Assembly: GCA_051047955.1 (NCBI GenBank)
Contig: JBPGPT010000057.1
Location: 1-63,373 of the forward strand
Source of the DNA: Cystobasidiomycetes sp. EMM_F5
Lineage: Eukaryota
DNA length: 63,373 nucleotides
Direction: 5' to 3'
Shown: one piece after another, positions 51,147 to 63,373 of the stretch
How positions within the stretch are numbered: position 1 is the first letter of the stretch
Layout of the letters: every line of letters begins with the position of its first letter
The notes under the pieces: generated by a model
Told to the model about the DNA's origin: nothing
Database searches by the model: none
What the model saw: the letters and a program-made list of their open reading frames with translations, nothing else
Made by a program: the position numbers and the translations under genes

Positions 51147-52148
51147 GATTGTTTAAATGAGACTGGGAGCTGATAGGTGTGTTACGTTTCAAGTGGATGG
51201 AGCAGAACTAAGCCTGCAATCCGCTTTCTGCAGCATGTATAAATAGTCGACTTTGCCGTCGTCGTCCTGCTCGACAACTTTCGTCAGTGGCACTGCAGCT
51301 CTCTCTATCTATAGCGACTTGCAAAAGTCGTCATCATGAGCAGGTCTGTGCGTCGAGAATTGTAATGGTTCGGGAGTTTCGAAGCAAGAATTGGGTTGGA
51401 GGCAAAGTAGGCAATGTCTAGTCTGAAGTGGAGAGAGAGAAAGCGAGTGCGGAGACTCGGTGCATTTTTGACTCCGACATACAACGCAACGAGTTTACTG
51501 AACGACGTTGAGAAAACACGCCGTTCCCGTTCTAGTCACTGCACGTCGCTCGACATCGCCTCCTGCCCATTTCCAAAATGGCCCTTTTTGCGTTTGTTTT
51601 TGCTCGAGCCAAAAGTACGTGTTGAAGGCTCTGGTTTTTTGACTTTGTAGACGTCGAATGTTGCGAGAAGGGAGTCATACATGACTTGCACGACCGTACA
51701 CTAGCGCCGTCAGCAAGCGGACACCTCCTCCAACTCCCGCTATTCCATTGTTCGTCGTCGTGATGGCTTTTCGGAAAGCTTCACCATTTTCATTTCGTAA
51801 GCTTCTGTTTACATTGTAAAACAGAAAAGAGGCACTTGTTGAAGATGCGGATGTACTGCTGCCAGAAAGTGACTAAAGACCCAAAGTGACTGAATCGTAA
51901 AAGTGCAAAACTCGAGTTGATGGGTTTGCAGAGACAGAAATGGAAGAAAGAGAGACCAATGACTAGAAGACGAGAGAGAGAGGTCCTTGCGGGGATGGTA
52001 AGCGGAGTTGAAAGCCACTTTAAAGCTACATGGTGATTGGATGCGGAGGAATTTGGGTACTGATTGTAAAGCCGGCCAGAAAGGTTGCTACGAAACGAGC
52101 AGCTGCCATAAAGCAGGCGTCCCGACAGCCAACACCTTCTGATACCGC

Positions 52149-54804
52149 TCAAGCGTAGTTCTGACGAGCCCACTTGGCAGCTGCGACCATGCGGATCAGA
52201 GAAGCCTCAGTCTCTTCCCAGCGGCGGGTCTTGCAGCCTAGACATCATACCAAATCATGTCTCGCCTCAGCAACGGCCAAAAATTCGTGATGCCATCTTT
52301 GGCACTCACCGCAATCGGGGTTGACGACAAAACGATCCTTGCTGATTCCATTCTCGATGAACTGCTGAATCTTCTGCTTGAACTCCTCCTCGGACGGAAC
52401 ACGAGGCGAGTGGATATCCCATGTTCCAGGACCAACATCGTTCTTGTAGCCATTGTTCTTGAAGACGGAGATGAGTTTGAGGTCGCTCTTGGAAGCCTCG
52501 ATGGAGATGACGTCGGCATCGAGTCGAGCAATGTGCTCAAAAATGTCATTGAAGTCACCTGTGAGTAATAAACGAGTCAATATGCAATAAGTTCATGCAT
52601 CAGAGCAGCGCTCAGCTCACTGTAGCAGAAGTGCGAGTGAATCTGAGTGTTGTCCTCGACACCAGCAGTAGCAAGCTTGAAAGAGTCGACGGCCCACTTG
52701 AGGTAGCCGTCCCAGTCAACACGACGGAGGGGCAGACCCTCACGGATAGCCGGCTCATCTACCTGAATGGCAAAGATGTCTGCCTTTTCGAGGTCGACGA
52801 CTTCATCGCGCAGGGCCAGAGCGAGCTGCTTGGACTGCACCTCTCGTGAAACGTCGATACGGGGGAAAGACCAGTTGAGGATAGTGACTGGACCAGTGAG
52901 CATGCCTTTTACTGGCTGCTTGGACTGGGACTGAGCGTACGATGACCATCTGACAGTCATTGGCTTTGGTCGCGAAACGTCCGATACGATGATGGGTGGT
53001 CGCACGTAACGGGAGCCGTATGACTGGACCCATGCGTTTTCGGTAAAGGCGAAACCCTCCAGCTGCTCACCAAAGTATTGAACCATGTCGTTACGCTCGG
53101 GCTCACCGTGTACGAGCACATCGAGGCCGATACGTTCCTGGAACTTGATGGCACTGTCAATCTCGGAAGCGATAAACTTGTCGTACTCGTCCTGGTTGAT
53201 TTCCTTCTTTGTGAATTTGGCACGGGCCTGACGAATCTCCTTGGTTTGCGGGAACGAACCGATGGTAGTAGTGGGGAACTTGGGAAGTGGGAAACGCTTT
53301 TGCTGAGCTGAAATACGCTCGGGGAAGGCACTCTTGCGGTTGTATTGCTCTTCAGTGACGGCAGCAAGACGGTCACGAACAGAGGCATCCGAGGTCTTTT
53401 CGAATTCGCGACGGGCAGCAATGGATTTCTTGTTTGCCGCAAGCGCTTCCTCGACGCTCTTGTCGCCCTGCAGTGATTTGGCAATCGTTGCAACTTCGTG
53501 GGTCTTCTCAGTGGCAAAGCTGAACCAGTCCTTTACCTCTGCTGAAAGCTTGGTCTCGTTTGCGAGGGTGACTGGAGTGTGGAGGAGGGAAGAGGAAGTA
53601 GCGATAACGACGCGGTCAGCGCCAATAACATCGATGACCTTTTGAGCTTTGGCGATGGCATCCTCGAGATCGCACTTCCAGATGTTACGGCCGGATACGA
53701 GACCGAGGGACAGCTTCAGCTTGGAGTCCTTGACGGCCTTGACGATGGCATCAGCCTGTTCTGGGGCACCGCGAGCACGGTCGAGGTCAATGTGTAGAGC
53801 CTCGATAGGGAGGTCTTTTACGAGGTCGATGTTTTCGGTGATGCGACCAAAGTAGGTAGCTACGGTGATGGCGAGGCCGGACTTGCTCAGTGTCTCGTAG
53901 GCGGACTTGAATGCAGAAGCGAGGGAGGAGGGCTGATCGTAGACGAGGATTGGCTCATCAAGCTGCACTGACTTTGCGCCAGCAGCCTTGAGCTTTTCGA
54001 GCAGCTCGGCGTAGACCTTGACAAGCGAGTCTAGGAGGGACAGAGTTTGGAAGTCTGCGGAAGCGTCGCGGCTGTTTTTTCCGAGAAGGAGGTACGAAAC
54101 GGGACCAATGATGACTGGACGCGTCTCAAATCCAGCAGCCTTGGCCTCCTCGTACTCTGCCACAGGTTTTGGTTGCGACGACAGCTTGAAGCTGGTCGAC
54201 TCGGACAGCTCGGGTACGATAAAGTGGTAGTTTGAGTCAAACCACTTCTTCACTGTAATCTCTGCACATTAGACATGGAACGTGCGAAAAAAGGTCTAGC
54301 CGAACGCACTCTCGCAAGCTTCGACATCAACGCCATCGCGCTGTCTGCCTCTGCCCATTGCAAACATGGTATCGAGCTCGGACAGCTGGTGCTCCTTCTG
54401 AGCCTTTGCATACTTGGGAGGGATGTTGCCAAAGAGCACCGAGGCGTCTAGGATGTGGTCGTAGAAGGTGAAGTCACCGCTCGGGATGATATCGACGCCA
54501 GCATCCTTGATGGTCTGCCAGTTTGCGGCGCGTACTTCCTTTGCAACTTTTTGAACCTCGTCTGCCGAGATCTTGTCGGACCAGTACGCCTCTACGGCCT
54601 TCTTGATCTCGCGCTTTGCGCCCTGGAGAGTGCATGTAGGCGTACGAGGTTAGTGGACACAAATGTCATCATCAGCACTTGTTCTTTCACGACATGCTCC
54701 GGCTCAAGAGGTCGCCTGATAGGTTGAGCCGTTTTTGAAAATTTGAAAAAGAGGGAACTGGGCCTTACAATTCGAGGAAACCCGAGGACGGCAGATTGAG
54801 ACAT
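52149..54804 (-). CDS. MET6: Cobalamin-independent methionine synthase
   Basis: SAVLGFPRIG, MKKWFDSNYH, PTTTIGSFPQT, HGEPERNDMV, QVDEPAIREGLP, HSHFCYS, DIHSPRVP and NPDCG motifs. Confidence 0.97.
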
Positions 54805-55213
54805 GGTGTATGGGCTGATGGTGAGAATGTGCGTATGGGTGATGGAGTGCCTAAACACTTCCAGTCGTGGGGTCGGATGGCAAGACTCTTTGCGCTGCCC
54901 TCGCACGTTGGTCGCGCCTTTGCTACGCCTCAAAACTTTGGCGATTTCCGCCGATCGCCCTGCTTAGGTAATCAGGTAAATCACAGAGGAGACATGCAAT
55001 CCAGACAAGCGAGATGGATACGCAAGAATTAGGAGCAGAACAGAGCTGCACACAACGAAGCAAATGGCAATGTCTAGGAGGCGATGGAGATGTACAGATG
55101 GTGAGGCGGGCACTAACCGAGATTACTAGCAGTCTCCACTTTCAACGCGCGTATAACGACCTGATGGAACCAGCATCCAGGTCAATGACGCATTGGCTGT
55201 CGCTTGGATATCG

Positions 55214-56446
55214 CTATAACAGTGTCCATACAGCGATCGCGCCCACCGTACACGCCGCACGGACGGATAAGCTGGGATACCGTAATGACCAGCCCGCGTT
55301 ACTCTTCGGTGATGTGGAAGCAGCTGCTGCAGCCGCGATGCCTTGGGAGACTGACGACAAGACTGTCGCTGACGAGGAAGAGGAGGTGTCGGGAATAGGA
55401 TCGGCCGTGACAAACACCCAATTTGTGGAGGTACTCTGTATGGCGGAAGTAGAGGTTGTCGTTCCACCGTCCTCGTCTTCTACGACTACGACGATTGACG
55501 AGGCCGTCACTATCTGCATGGAAGGAGAAGCAGTGAATGTCACGCCATTGGATACCGTCGCGGGAGGTGTAGTGATGGGTGTGAATTGGATGCCAGCAGC
55601 GGCTGACGTGCTTGCAGCTGATCCACCGCTTATAGGACCGGTGGCATCACCGGCTTGTGAAGGAAGACTCCCCTTTCCACTCGAAGGGGAAGACAATACC
55701 GAAGCTGCAGCCTGAGGCGAATTTGCAGCCGTCCCAGACGACACCGGAAAGACTTGAATAATACCAGGTGCAGAGCTGCTATGAGGCATCGAATTAGCGG
55801 GCGTGAAGATTGCTGGAGCTGGCGCAGAAGACGACAAGGGTGTGTATGAAGACGGCGCTGGGGCAGACTTGACAGGTACGATATTTGCTTGAGAAATGGA
55901 CGATGGGGAGGTTGGAGAAGGGGTACTGGAGGGTGTCACGACAGCCACATTTGGTGCTGACGAAACGAATTGTACGTTTGGGGTAGAACTTGCTGGTGGA
56001 GCAGGTGACGACGCGACAGCGGGATCCGTCTTGAGCGCTACTCGACCGGTATTGCTGGAATCGAGTGTGCTGACAGTCATTACATTGGCAGATGAGTCTG
56101 TTCGTGCGATGTTGACGGAGCCTGTGGGTAGAAAGGCACGGTAATAAGCTGATTTTGCGGCACTCGATGCAGCGTCATCGACTTACTAACTAGATTTCCC
56201 ACCTTTTCGATATTCCCGCGTCTGAAGAGCGGTTGTCGAGGATGAAGGCGACGCGGACCTACACAAGTATGAAAGACATGCACATTGTCAGTTCAGTAGG
56301 CTGGACAGGACACGATAAGTCCCCTACTGACCTAATTCTGCTCTATGGTGGAGGGGAGGACTGGTATCTATTGCACTGGCTTGAATAGAAGACAAGCACA
56401 GACAAAGGCAGGCGGCCAGAATGGAAGAGTGTGATGTATTGAGCAT
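55214..56446 (-). CDS. Secreted Ser/Thr/Pro-rich, probably GPI-anchored cell-surface protein
   Basis: Signal-like MLNTSHSSILAACLCLCLSSIQASA, two introns, low-complexity S/T/P/A body, then SNAG and a hydrophobic C-terminus. Confidence 0.75.
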
Positions 56447-57424
56447 GGTGTTCCTAATTCAGGGTCTCGCTACAGACGGTTGTGAGCAAGTATGGCTTCA
56501 GAAGGCGGGAAGCGCGTTGAAGGAGGGAGAGGGTACCAAATGAATAGATTGGGTAGGACAGACGTGTCCAGAGCCGTTGTCGTGGTGGGTATACGCGTCT
56601 ACACCTGGCGCTGAGTGTGTCTCCGTGGTGCAGGTCGAGGAGCCTGCTCCTGTATGAGTTTGGATGTGGTGAATGTTTAGTCGTTAGCGAGATGGTTAGC
56701 AGTCAGCCTCCCGTCACCCGTTCCCTTGTCACCACGTCGTGTCAGCTCTGCGTGCAATTTACGTCTCTCTTTCCTGAGGCATGAAAGGTACGGGGTGATG
56801 GCATGCACCCCGCAGTCTAGTTACGCGTAAAGAGTACCGCATGCCAGCACATGGAAGGAGTGACGACTTGGGTGCCAGCTGCGTGTAAACTGACGACTGC
56901 TTCCAAGCTTCCAGTTTGTCAGATCCAAAGCATTCGACCCCGAAAAGCAACCATTCTTTTCGATTCATGACAAAAGATATTTGCACAGACATACAAGTCA
57001 CAAAGCAAGCGTCACTGCACGATATACATGCTCGATTCAGCTCAGCCCGCGCTAAAGCCGAGCTGCGCTTCGACCTTCTCAGTGGTGGCAGCAGCTGTGC
57101 CGAGAGACTGACACTGACACTGATGGACCAGAACTGACAGACTTGATAGCAAAACATGCAACAGGACTGATGGGCGGACAGCAGGCAGACAGCACTCGTC
57201 TGGAACGTAAATGATGCTCCAGGAGATTGCAAGCGCGTAGCCCTCGTGAACGACTAGCGTGCTCAGTCAGTTCAGGAGAGTCTGGTGAGGGATTGAGCAA
57301 ACCACATCAGTTCTAAGCAAGACGTCCTCGTCGATATTCACAAGTGCTGCTGGTCGGACGCAACCTCTGTGCGGACGCCTGCTGCTCGACATCCACAGCG
57401 CACTCGAGCACGACCAGTCGCAAA

Positions 57425-60400
57425 ATGGCAACGGGTCGCACTACGCCGTCCGGAATACGGCCACCCTCAGCCAGTCTTGCGAATGGACTCGTAGGCAGTC
57501 CATCAACTCCACGGCAGTCGGCTATCCCTACGTCGTCGTCGCTGCCCTCCATCCATTCAGCCACTGCCATCCTTCAACCTCACCATAGCCATCAGCCAGT
57601 GAACAATGCCCCACTGTCACCTAGACGGGCTGAGAATGCTCCGCTACATCCTGCGACTGCAGCGAGTACAAGTGTCAGCGTACAAGTCGGTGCGTCAACA
57701 GTGTGCCAGTCACGTGCGATAGTAAGGTCGCGACTGACCCTGTCTTGTCGTTCAATCTCCGCATTCAGCTGTACGCATACGCCCTCCTCCGCAGAATGAT
57801 GCCAACTCGACCATACCTCCACGCTTCCAGCGCACAGTCGTGCACCCTTCCGCAGGGAGCAAGACCTCAGTGACGGTAGAAGGTGAGTCTATGTGCTGTC
57901 CGTTAGGTTGGCATAGGTTAACAAATGCATTGCTGTTTGCTTGCATGTCAATCTCTCTCCTTGCTACACGCCCTTCAGCAACACCAACTCCGAATAGTAA
58001 AGGCACTTCCAAGCAGCACTTTACGTTCGACCGTGTCATCGGGCCAGACGATGGACAGACAACGGTCTATAGCAGCATCGAACCTCTCATTGCCCGCTTC
58101 CTCGAAGGCTACAACGTGACTGTCTTAGCTTACGGCCAGACATCGTCTGGTAAATCGTACACCATGGGAACAGATGTCGGACCAAGCCATGCGCATCACG
58201 GCGGTGAGGAGGACGGCGAAAGGCTAGGAATCATTCCGAGATCCGTAGCGCAGATCTTTGACGAGCTCAATAATCAAGTCGACGCCATGCCTGGAAAAGT
58301 CAAGTACGATGCGAGGAACAGCTATATCGAGATATACAGTGCGTAATGATTTCGTGTTCTCCATAACAACGCAACATGTATCGATGACGCGAATCCGTCT
58401 TTTCAGACGAAGAATTGGTGGATTTGCTGTCTGCTGAAGCCAATGTGCGCCATGCTTGGTCAGGAAATGGTAACTTGGGCTGAATTGTCGTCTCGCAGAT
58501 TGCCGACCGACCGGCTGTGACTATCCGAGAAGATAAAGCGGGTCACATCATTTGGACTGGACTGAACGAGGTCCGCGTAAGATCTGCCGGCGACGTGATG
58601 CACAATCTCGAGACTGGGTCTAGCATACGACAAACTGGTCAAACGGCAATGAATGATCAATCTTCCCGCTCACACGCCATCTTTTCGCTCACACTCGTCC
58701 AGAAGAGGTATACAGGCGTTTCTAATCCTACTACACCCAGCAACAGTCCTCCATCACTGCACTCCTCCACATTTACGACGCCTAGTAGGATTGCTCAACG
58801 TCAGAGCTTGGGAGGTATACCTACTTCAACGTCGTCAATACGCATCTCGAGTCCGACGCCTGGCTCAAGACCGTCTACTCCGTCCAGCACAATGAACAGT
58901 AAACTTAGATCCAGACATTCGACTTCTACGCTCCTTGCACGTGCTCACAGTCCGCTTCCTGGGGTAGAGCACGACGAAATCAAGCATGCACCGTCTGATA
59001 ATGATTGGACAACCGTTACGAGTAAATTCCATTGGGTCGATCTGGCAGGTAGCGAAAGGGTGAGTGTACTCATCAATCAAATTGCGGTCATGTGCTGACG
59101 AAAGCGATGTCTTCGGCTCAGCTCAAGCGGACATCAGCAATAGGGGAACGAGCAAAAGAAGGTATATCGATAAATGCTGGTCTATCCGCTCTGGGCAATG
59201 TCATCTCTGCGCTCGGCGATCCCGCCAAAGCCCGGTCGACCACACATATTCCTTATCGAGATTCAAAGTTGACCAGACTTTTACAAGATTCCTTGTACGT
59301 ATGCTTCGTCGCCATTGCACAATAGTACTGATGGATGGTTTAAAAGGGGAGGAAATGCGCATACCATCATGGTTGCGTGTGTCAGTCCCGCCGAGTATAA
59401 TTTGAGCGAGACGCTCAACACCCTCAAAGTGAGTGCTGACCCGCAATCAAGCTATAGTGAAGCTGATTCCCATCCATAGTATGCGAATCGAGCACGAAAC
59501 ATAAAGAATCGGGCAGAGCTAAACGAAGTCGAAGCCGGTTGGGATGATATTGACCATCTGCAAGGTTTGGTTACTCGCTTGCGCAACGAGCTCAACGCGA
59601 TCCGAAATGGCGGAACGATGCCAGCCATCTCTGAAGAGGCCGAAGGCGCTGTCAACGTAACGTATATGAGCCGAAATCTTCTGCCATCAACAGCAACGTC
59701 TCCCGAGCTTCGTAATCTTCAAGAACAATACTCGGAGTTATCGGCTCGCTATGCAAAACTTACGGCCGACTATGCTATTGCTCAGCAGACTTCGTCTGAC
59801 GTTTCACAGACTGCCTTTACACAGGCTGTAGAGGCCGTGGGCGAGACGTATGCAAGAGCACTCTCTGAGCTTGACACTCAGCTCTCGCTCAACAAAGCCG
59901 CTTTGACGCATGCTGAAGAAGTTATTCGCGAGAAGGACGAGCACATCTCGCGCGTATCTATCGAGGCTGCCGAGAATGATGAGACCAGCAGACTCATCAT
60001 GGAACTGAAAAGTCGTAATGCGAAGCTGGTCGAGCGGGAGACAACCACGAATCTGTATTTGCAGGACTTGGAAGCACGGCTCAAAACTGCCACAGATGGC
60101 GATGAGCGGATGCAGGCCAGCATCGCTGAACAGCGCAAGGAGATTGCGCGGTATCGGGAAGTCGCCGTCAATTCAGAAGAATACATCAAGGATCTTGAAA
60201 GCCGTCTATCGATATCCCAGGATACGATACAAGCCAATAAACTGCAGATCGAATCCGCCGATAGAGAGTTGCAACGACGAGAACGCGCGCACGCGGACCT
60301 GGAGGCGAAATTGTCGCAACTTGATATTACAGGCGAGCACAAGCAACTGCTTCTTGCCTTGAAGGAACGCGATCATCAGGTTGCACGCCTGCAATCAGAT

Positions 60401-63373
60401 CTTGATGCTGCCAAATCTGATGTGGTTGCGCTCGAGCAACGTCTCTCAACGTCTGTAGCCGCAGCGGCCAGCGAACAAGCAAAGCTGAAGTCACGCCTAG
60501 CTGACTTGGAGCTCTCACCTGCCAAGCAGAGTATCACTGGTCAAGAAACAAGTAACAGAGAAGAGCGTACTGCCCTTCATACGGCGAATGGGAATTTGCA
60601 GTCGCTTGACGATAGTGTACATAACGGAGAAAACCAAAGGCTCCTAGCTCAACTTGAGTATCTTCAGAAGCGTTATGCCGAAAGTCAGCAGGATCTCGGT
60701 AATTTGACTAGCCGACATCAAGCATCTTTGCTGGAACTTGCGGACATGCGTCAAGCCCGATCAAGGAATGGCTCGTCAACAAATGCCGAGCCTCTTCTGA
60801 TACCCCTCCCCTCGCCCAGTGCCGTCTCCGATGGCTCTGGTATTGAGGAGCTGGAGAGTAATGCAGGCGACGACCAGCCAACTGGGCTGCCTTCGAGTCT
60901 TGCCTTCGATACTCCCAACAAGAAGAAAAGATCTCGCAGGAGTATGCCGTTATCGCCAAAGGGGTCTTTTTTAGGCAAATCTCCTGCGACGACACCCTCA
61001 GCCTCGCACTTGCGATCGCTGTCGTTGTCGCAGGAGTTGTCATTGGCGCAATCCTTGAACGGTCACGCGAGCACTGGGCCGGCATCTTTAACTAGTCCCC
61101 GCGCTCCTTCCCCATTACTTCTCCGCAGAACTTCGTTGCTGGCCAGCAGCCAGAACAGCTTGCTTCAGCCGGAGAGAAGTCAAGAGTCTTTGCTACAGGA
61201 GGTTAAGAAACTGCAAGAGATCATCAATGATCGGGATGAAGAGCTCCGCGCACTCGAATTGAGTGTAACGCAGCTGCGACACTCGCATTCTTCAAGCCCT
61301 AGTGAGACAGACTTTACGCCAAAGCTTGTACAGACTTCGACAGTGGAACAAACGGCTATGGCGGACGCTGACCGTGCTCAGCTTTCACCGAACACTCTCG
61401 AAACCCTTGACGCGATACGCGCCAGTATACGTCAACCAGGTCCTCAAGTCGGATTGGCGGCAGGGTCGGCAGACGAACAGCTTCACCGATTAGAGGAGCT
61501 TATGGTGTCTTTTGCCCGCAAAGAAGCATTACACAAGGAGACTGTGCACGACATGGAAGAGCAGCTGCAAACCGTCCGCAAGCAGTACGACGATCTAAAG
61601 TCGCTCTCTACAGGCCAAATACACAACATGTCCGCTGAGATGGCGGCGCTCGAACATCAATTGCATTCTAAGCAGGCTGACATTGCACTCTTGGAAGAAA
61701 ACGTGGCTACAAGCAGATCGCAGCTTGATGAAGCCAATGCTGTCCATGCTCAGGCTAGAGAGTCACACGACATACTCTTATTGCGGTATACAAGCGAGCA
61801 TCAAGACAGCATAGACCGCATTCAGAAAGAACACGCCAGGTCAATCAGTCTTCTTGAGGAACGCTTATCTGAACTACAAAAAAGTCTTGAGGACGAAAAA
61901 AGTCTCCACTTGCAATCCAAGAAGCAAGTCAGCACACAAGCACGCGAATACGTGGAGTCTCACGCGGAGGCAATCAAATCTGAGGCGCTACGACATACAG
62001 ACAAATATCAGAATCTACAGCACGAAACTGAAGCGATACTGCGCCGAAAAGACCAAGAGCACGCTCTGGTTTTAGAGCGACTTGAAGCACAACGATCATC
62101 ATCAGTCGACGCCGACCGCGATGAGCTGATTCGCAGATTGGAACACTTGCACCGAGATCAAATCGAAGCTCACGAAGCCCAACATATAGAGGACGGACAA
62201 CGTTTGCGTTCCGAGCATGCCGAGCACTTGGCCAGTTTACACAAGCAGCATGTGGAAGCACTAGCGACTCTACAGGAGGAGCTCCGACACTCATCGAACG
62301 ACCTCAAGGACGAACATGCACGACAAATTGAGCAAAGCCGAGCCGTACAGGAAAGTACAGCCAGAGATGCGTCAAGTTCACACGAAGACGCATTGACGGC
62401 GGTGCGAACGGCTCTCGCTGAGGAATTTGCGGCAAAGCAGCAAGAAAGCGATGCTCGTTCTGAAATGCTACAACAGAAACACGAACTTGAGATGGAGGTA
62501 GTTCAGCGTGATGCGAGCTCGAGGGAGTCTGCACTTCGTGCGAGTCATAGAGAAGACCTCGCAAAATTGGAGTCGACTTCGGCAGACACACTGCGGACTC
62601 TTCAAGTACAGCATGACGATGTTATTTCTGGCTTGACTCGGGACAGGGATAGATTGCGGTTAGCAGTCGCGCACCACGCAGAAATCCTGACACGTACGCA
62701 AAACGAGCACAATGCTGCAATTGCAGCGCTACAGGAGAAGTATGGTACCGCTCTTGAGAAGCGAAGAGAGCTCTCTGCGGTAGTCGCGGCAAGATCCGGA
62801 GAAAATATCGAAGTAAGTGAATGTCACTACAAAGCTACCGTTGTCGATCCGAAATGCATGGCATACTGAGAAAAAGCGCTTCTGCAGGGACACCAGCATT
62901 CGCCTCGTCCGGCAGGACCCCAGACTGCAGCTGCAGACGGGCAAGTCCCTTCAGCGCTTGAGGAGAAAGCAGTGTATTTGCCTCTGGAACAGGAACCGTC
63001 GGACACTCCGTCAGATGATGACGCGCGTCCGACCCGCACACGCACCGAAGAAGATCTCGAGATTGCGTTACATGCAGCGGAAGCCAATCACGCTTCGCTA
63101 AATGCAGAGCTACAGGAAGCACTTGACGCGTTGGGAACCTTGGAACAAGCGCTGATGGAATCTCAGGATGAACGCGAGCGACTGTTGAGCGATATCAGTG
63201 ATCTGAAAAAGCTGACAAAGAAGCCAAGCAACATGGAGCGCGCCCTGCAAGTGGATCTGGCCAAGATACAGAAGGAAAAGCAAGTACTGGTAGCTGAGGT
63301 CGCCGCCTTGAAGCAGCAGCTCTCTGAGCATGCCTCAAGCGGCATCGCTGCTTCTGAGGTGCTCATCCGTACA
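57425..63373 (+). CDS. Kinesin motor protein (kinesin-4/KIF21-like) with long coiled-coil tail; 3' partial
   Basis: [52 protein letters not shown] and [17 protein letters not shown] motifs, followed by more than 1000 aa of mostly coiled-coil tail. Confidence 0.93.

Noticed and set aside
54925..54945. AAACTTTGG as a Met31/32-like site upstream of MET6
   Set aside because: It has one mismatch to a budding-yeast motif, and nothing shows that regulator applies in this lineage.
55014..55715. 233-aa plus-strand ORF
   Set aside because: It is antisense to the low-complexity GPI-like protein.

Overview
Gene-dense, intron-rich eukaryotic DNA from a basidiomycete fungus, probably a Pucciniomycotina yeast (inference from short GT-AG introns with CTRAC branch points and from gene content). 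I can support about 26 protein-coding genes. Recognisable ones are BFR1, guanine deaminase, CLP1, an NmrA-like reductase, meiotic helicase MER3, MRP51, endopolyphosphatase PPN1, meiotic HORMA protein HOP1, MET6 and a partial kinesin. Several small multi-exon genes are broken up or missed by the ORF track and were spliced by hand: a 96-aa CAAX-ending protein resembling a lipopeptide pheromone precursor, two tandem 9-exon CipC-like paralogs, a HYPK-like gene and an 89-aa five-exon gene. Two divergent orphan secreted-protein genes lie at the left end, one carrying a 75/150-bp higher-order repeat. I saw no rRNA, tRNA, CRISPR array or intact transposon. All splice models and family calls are by eye, so gene boundaries are approximate.
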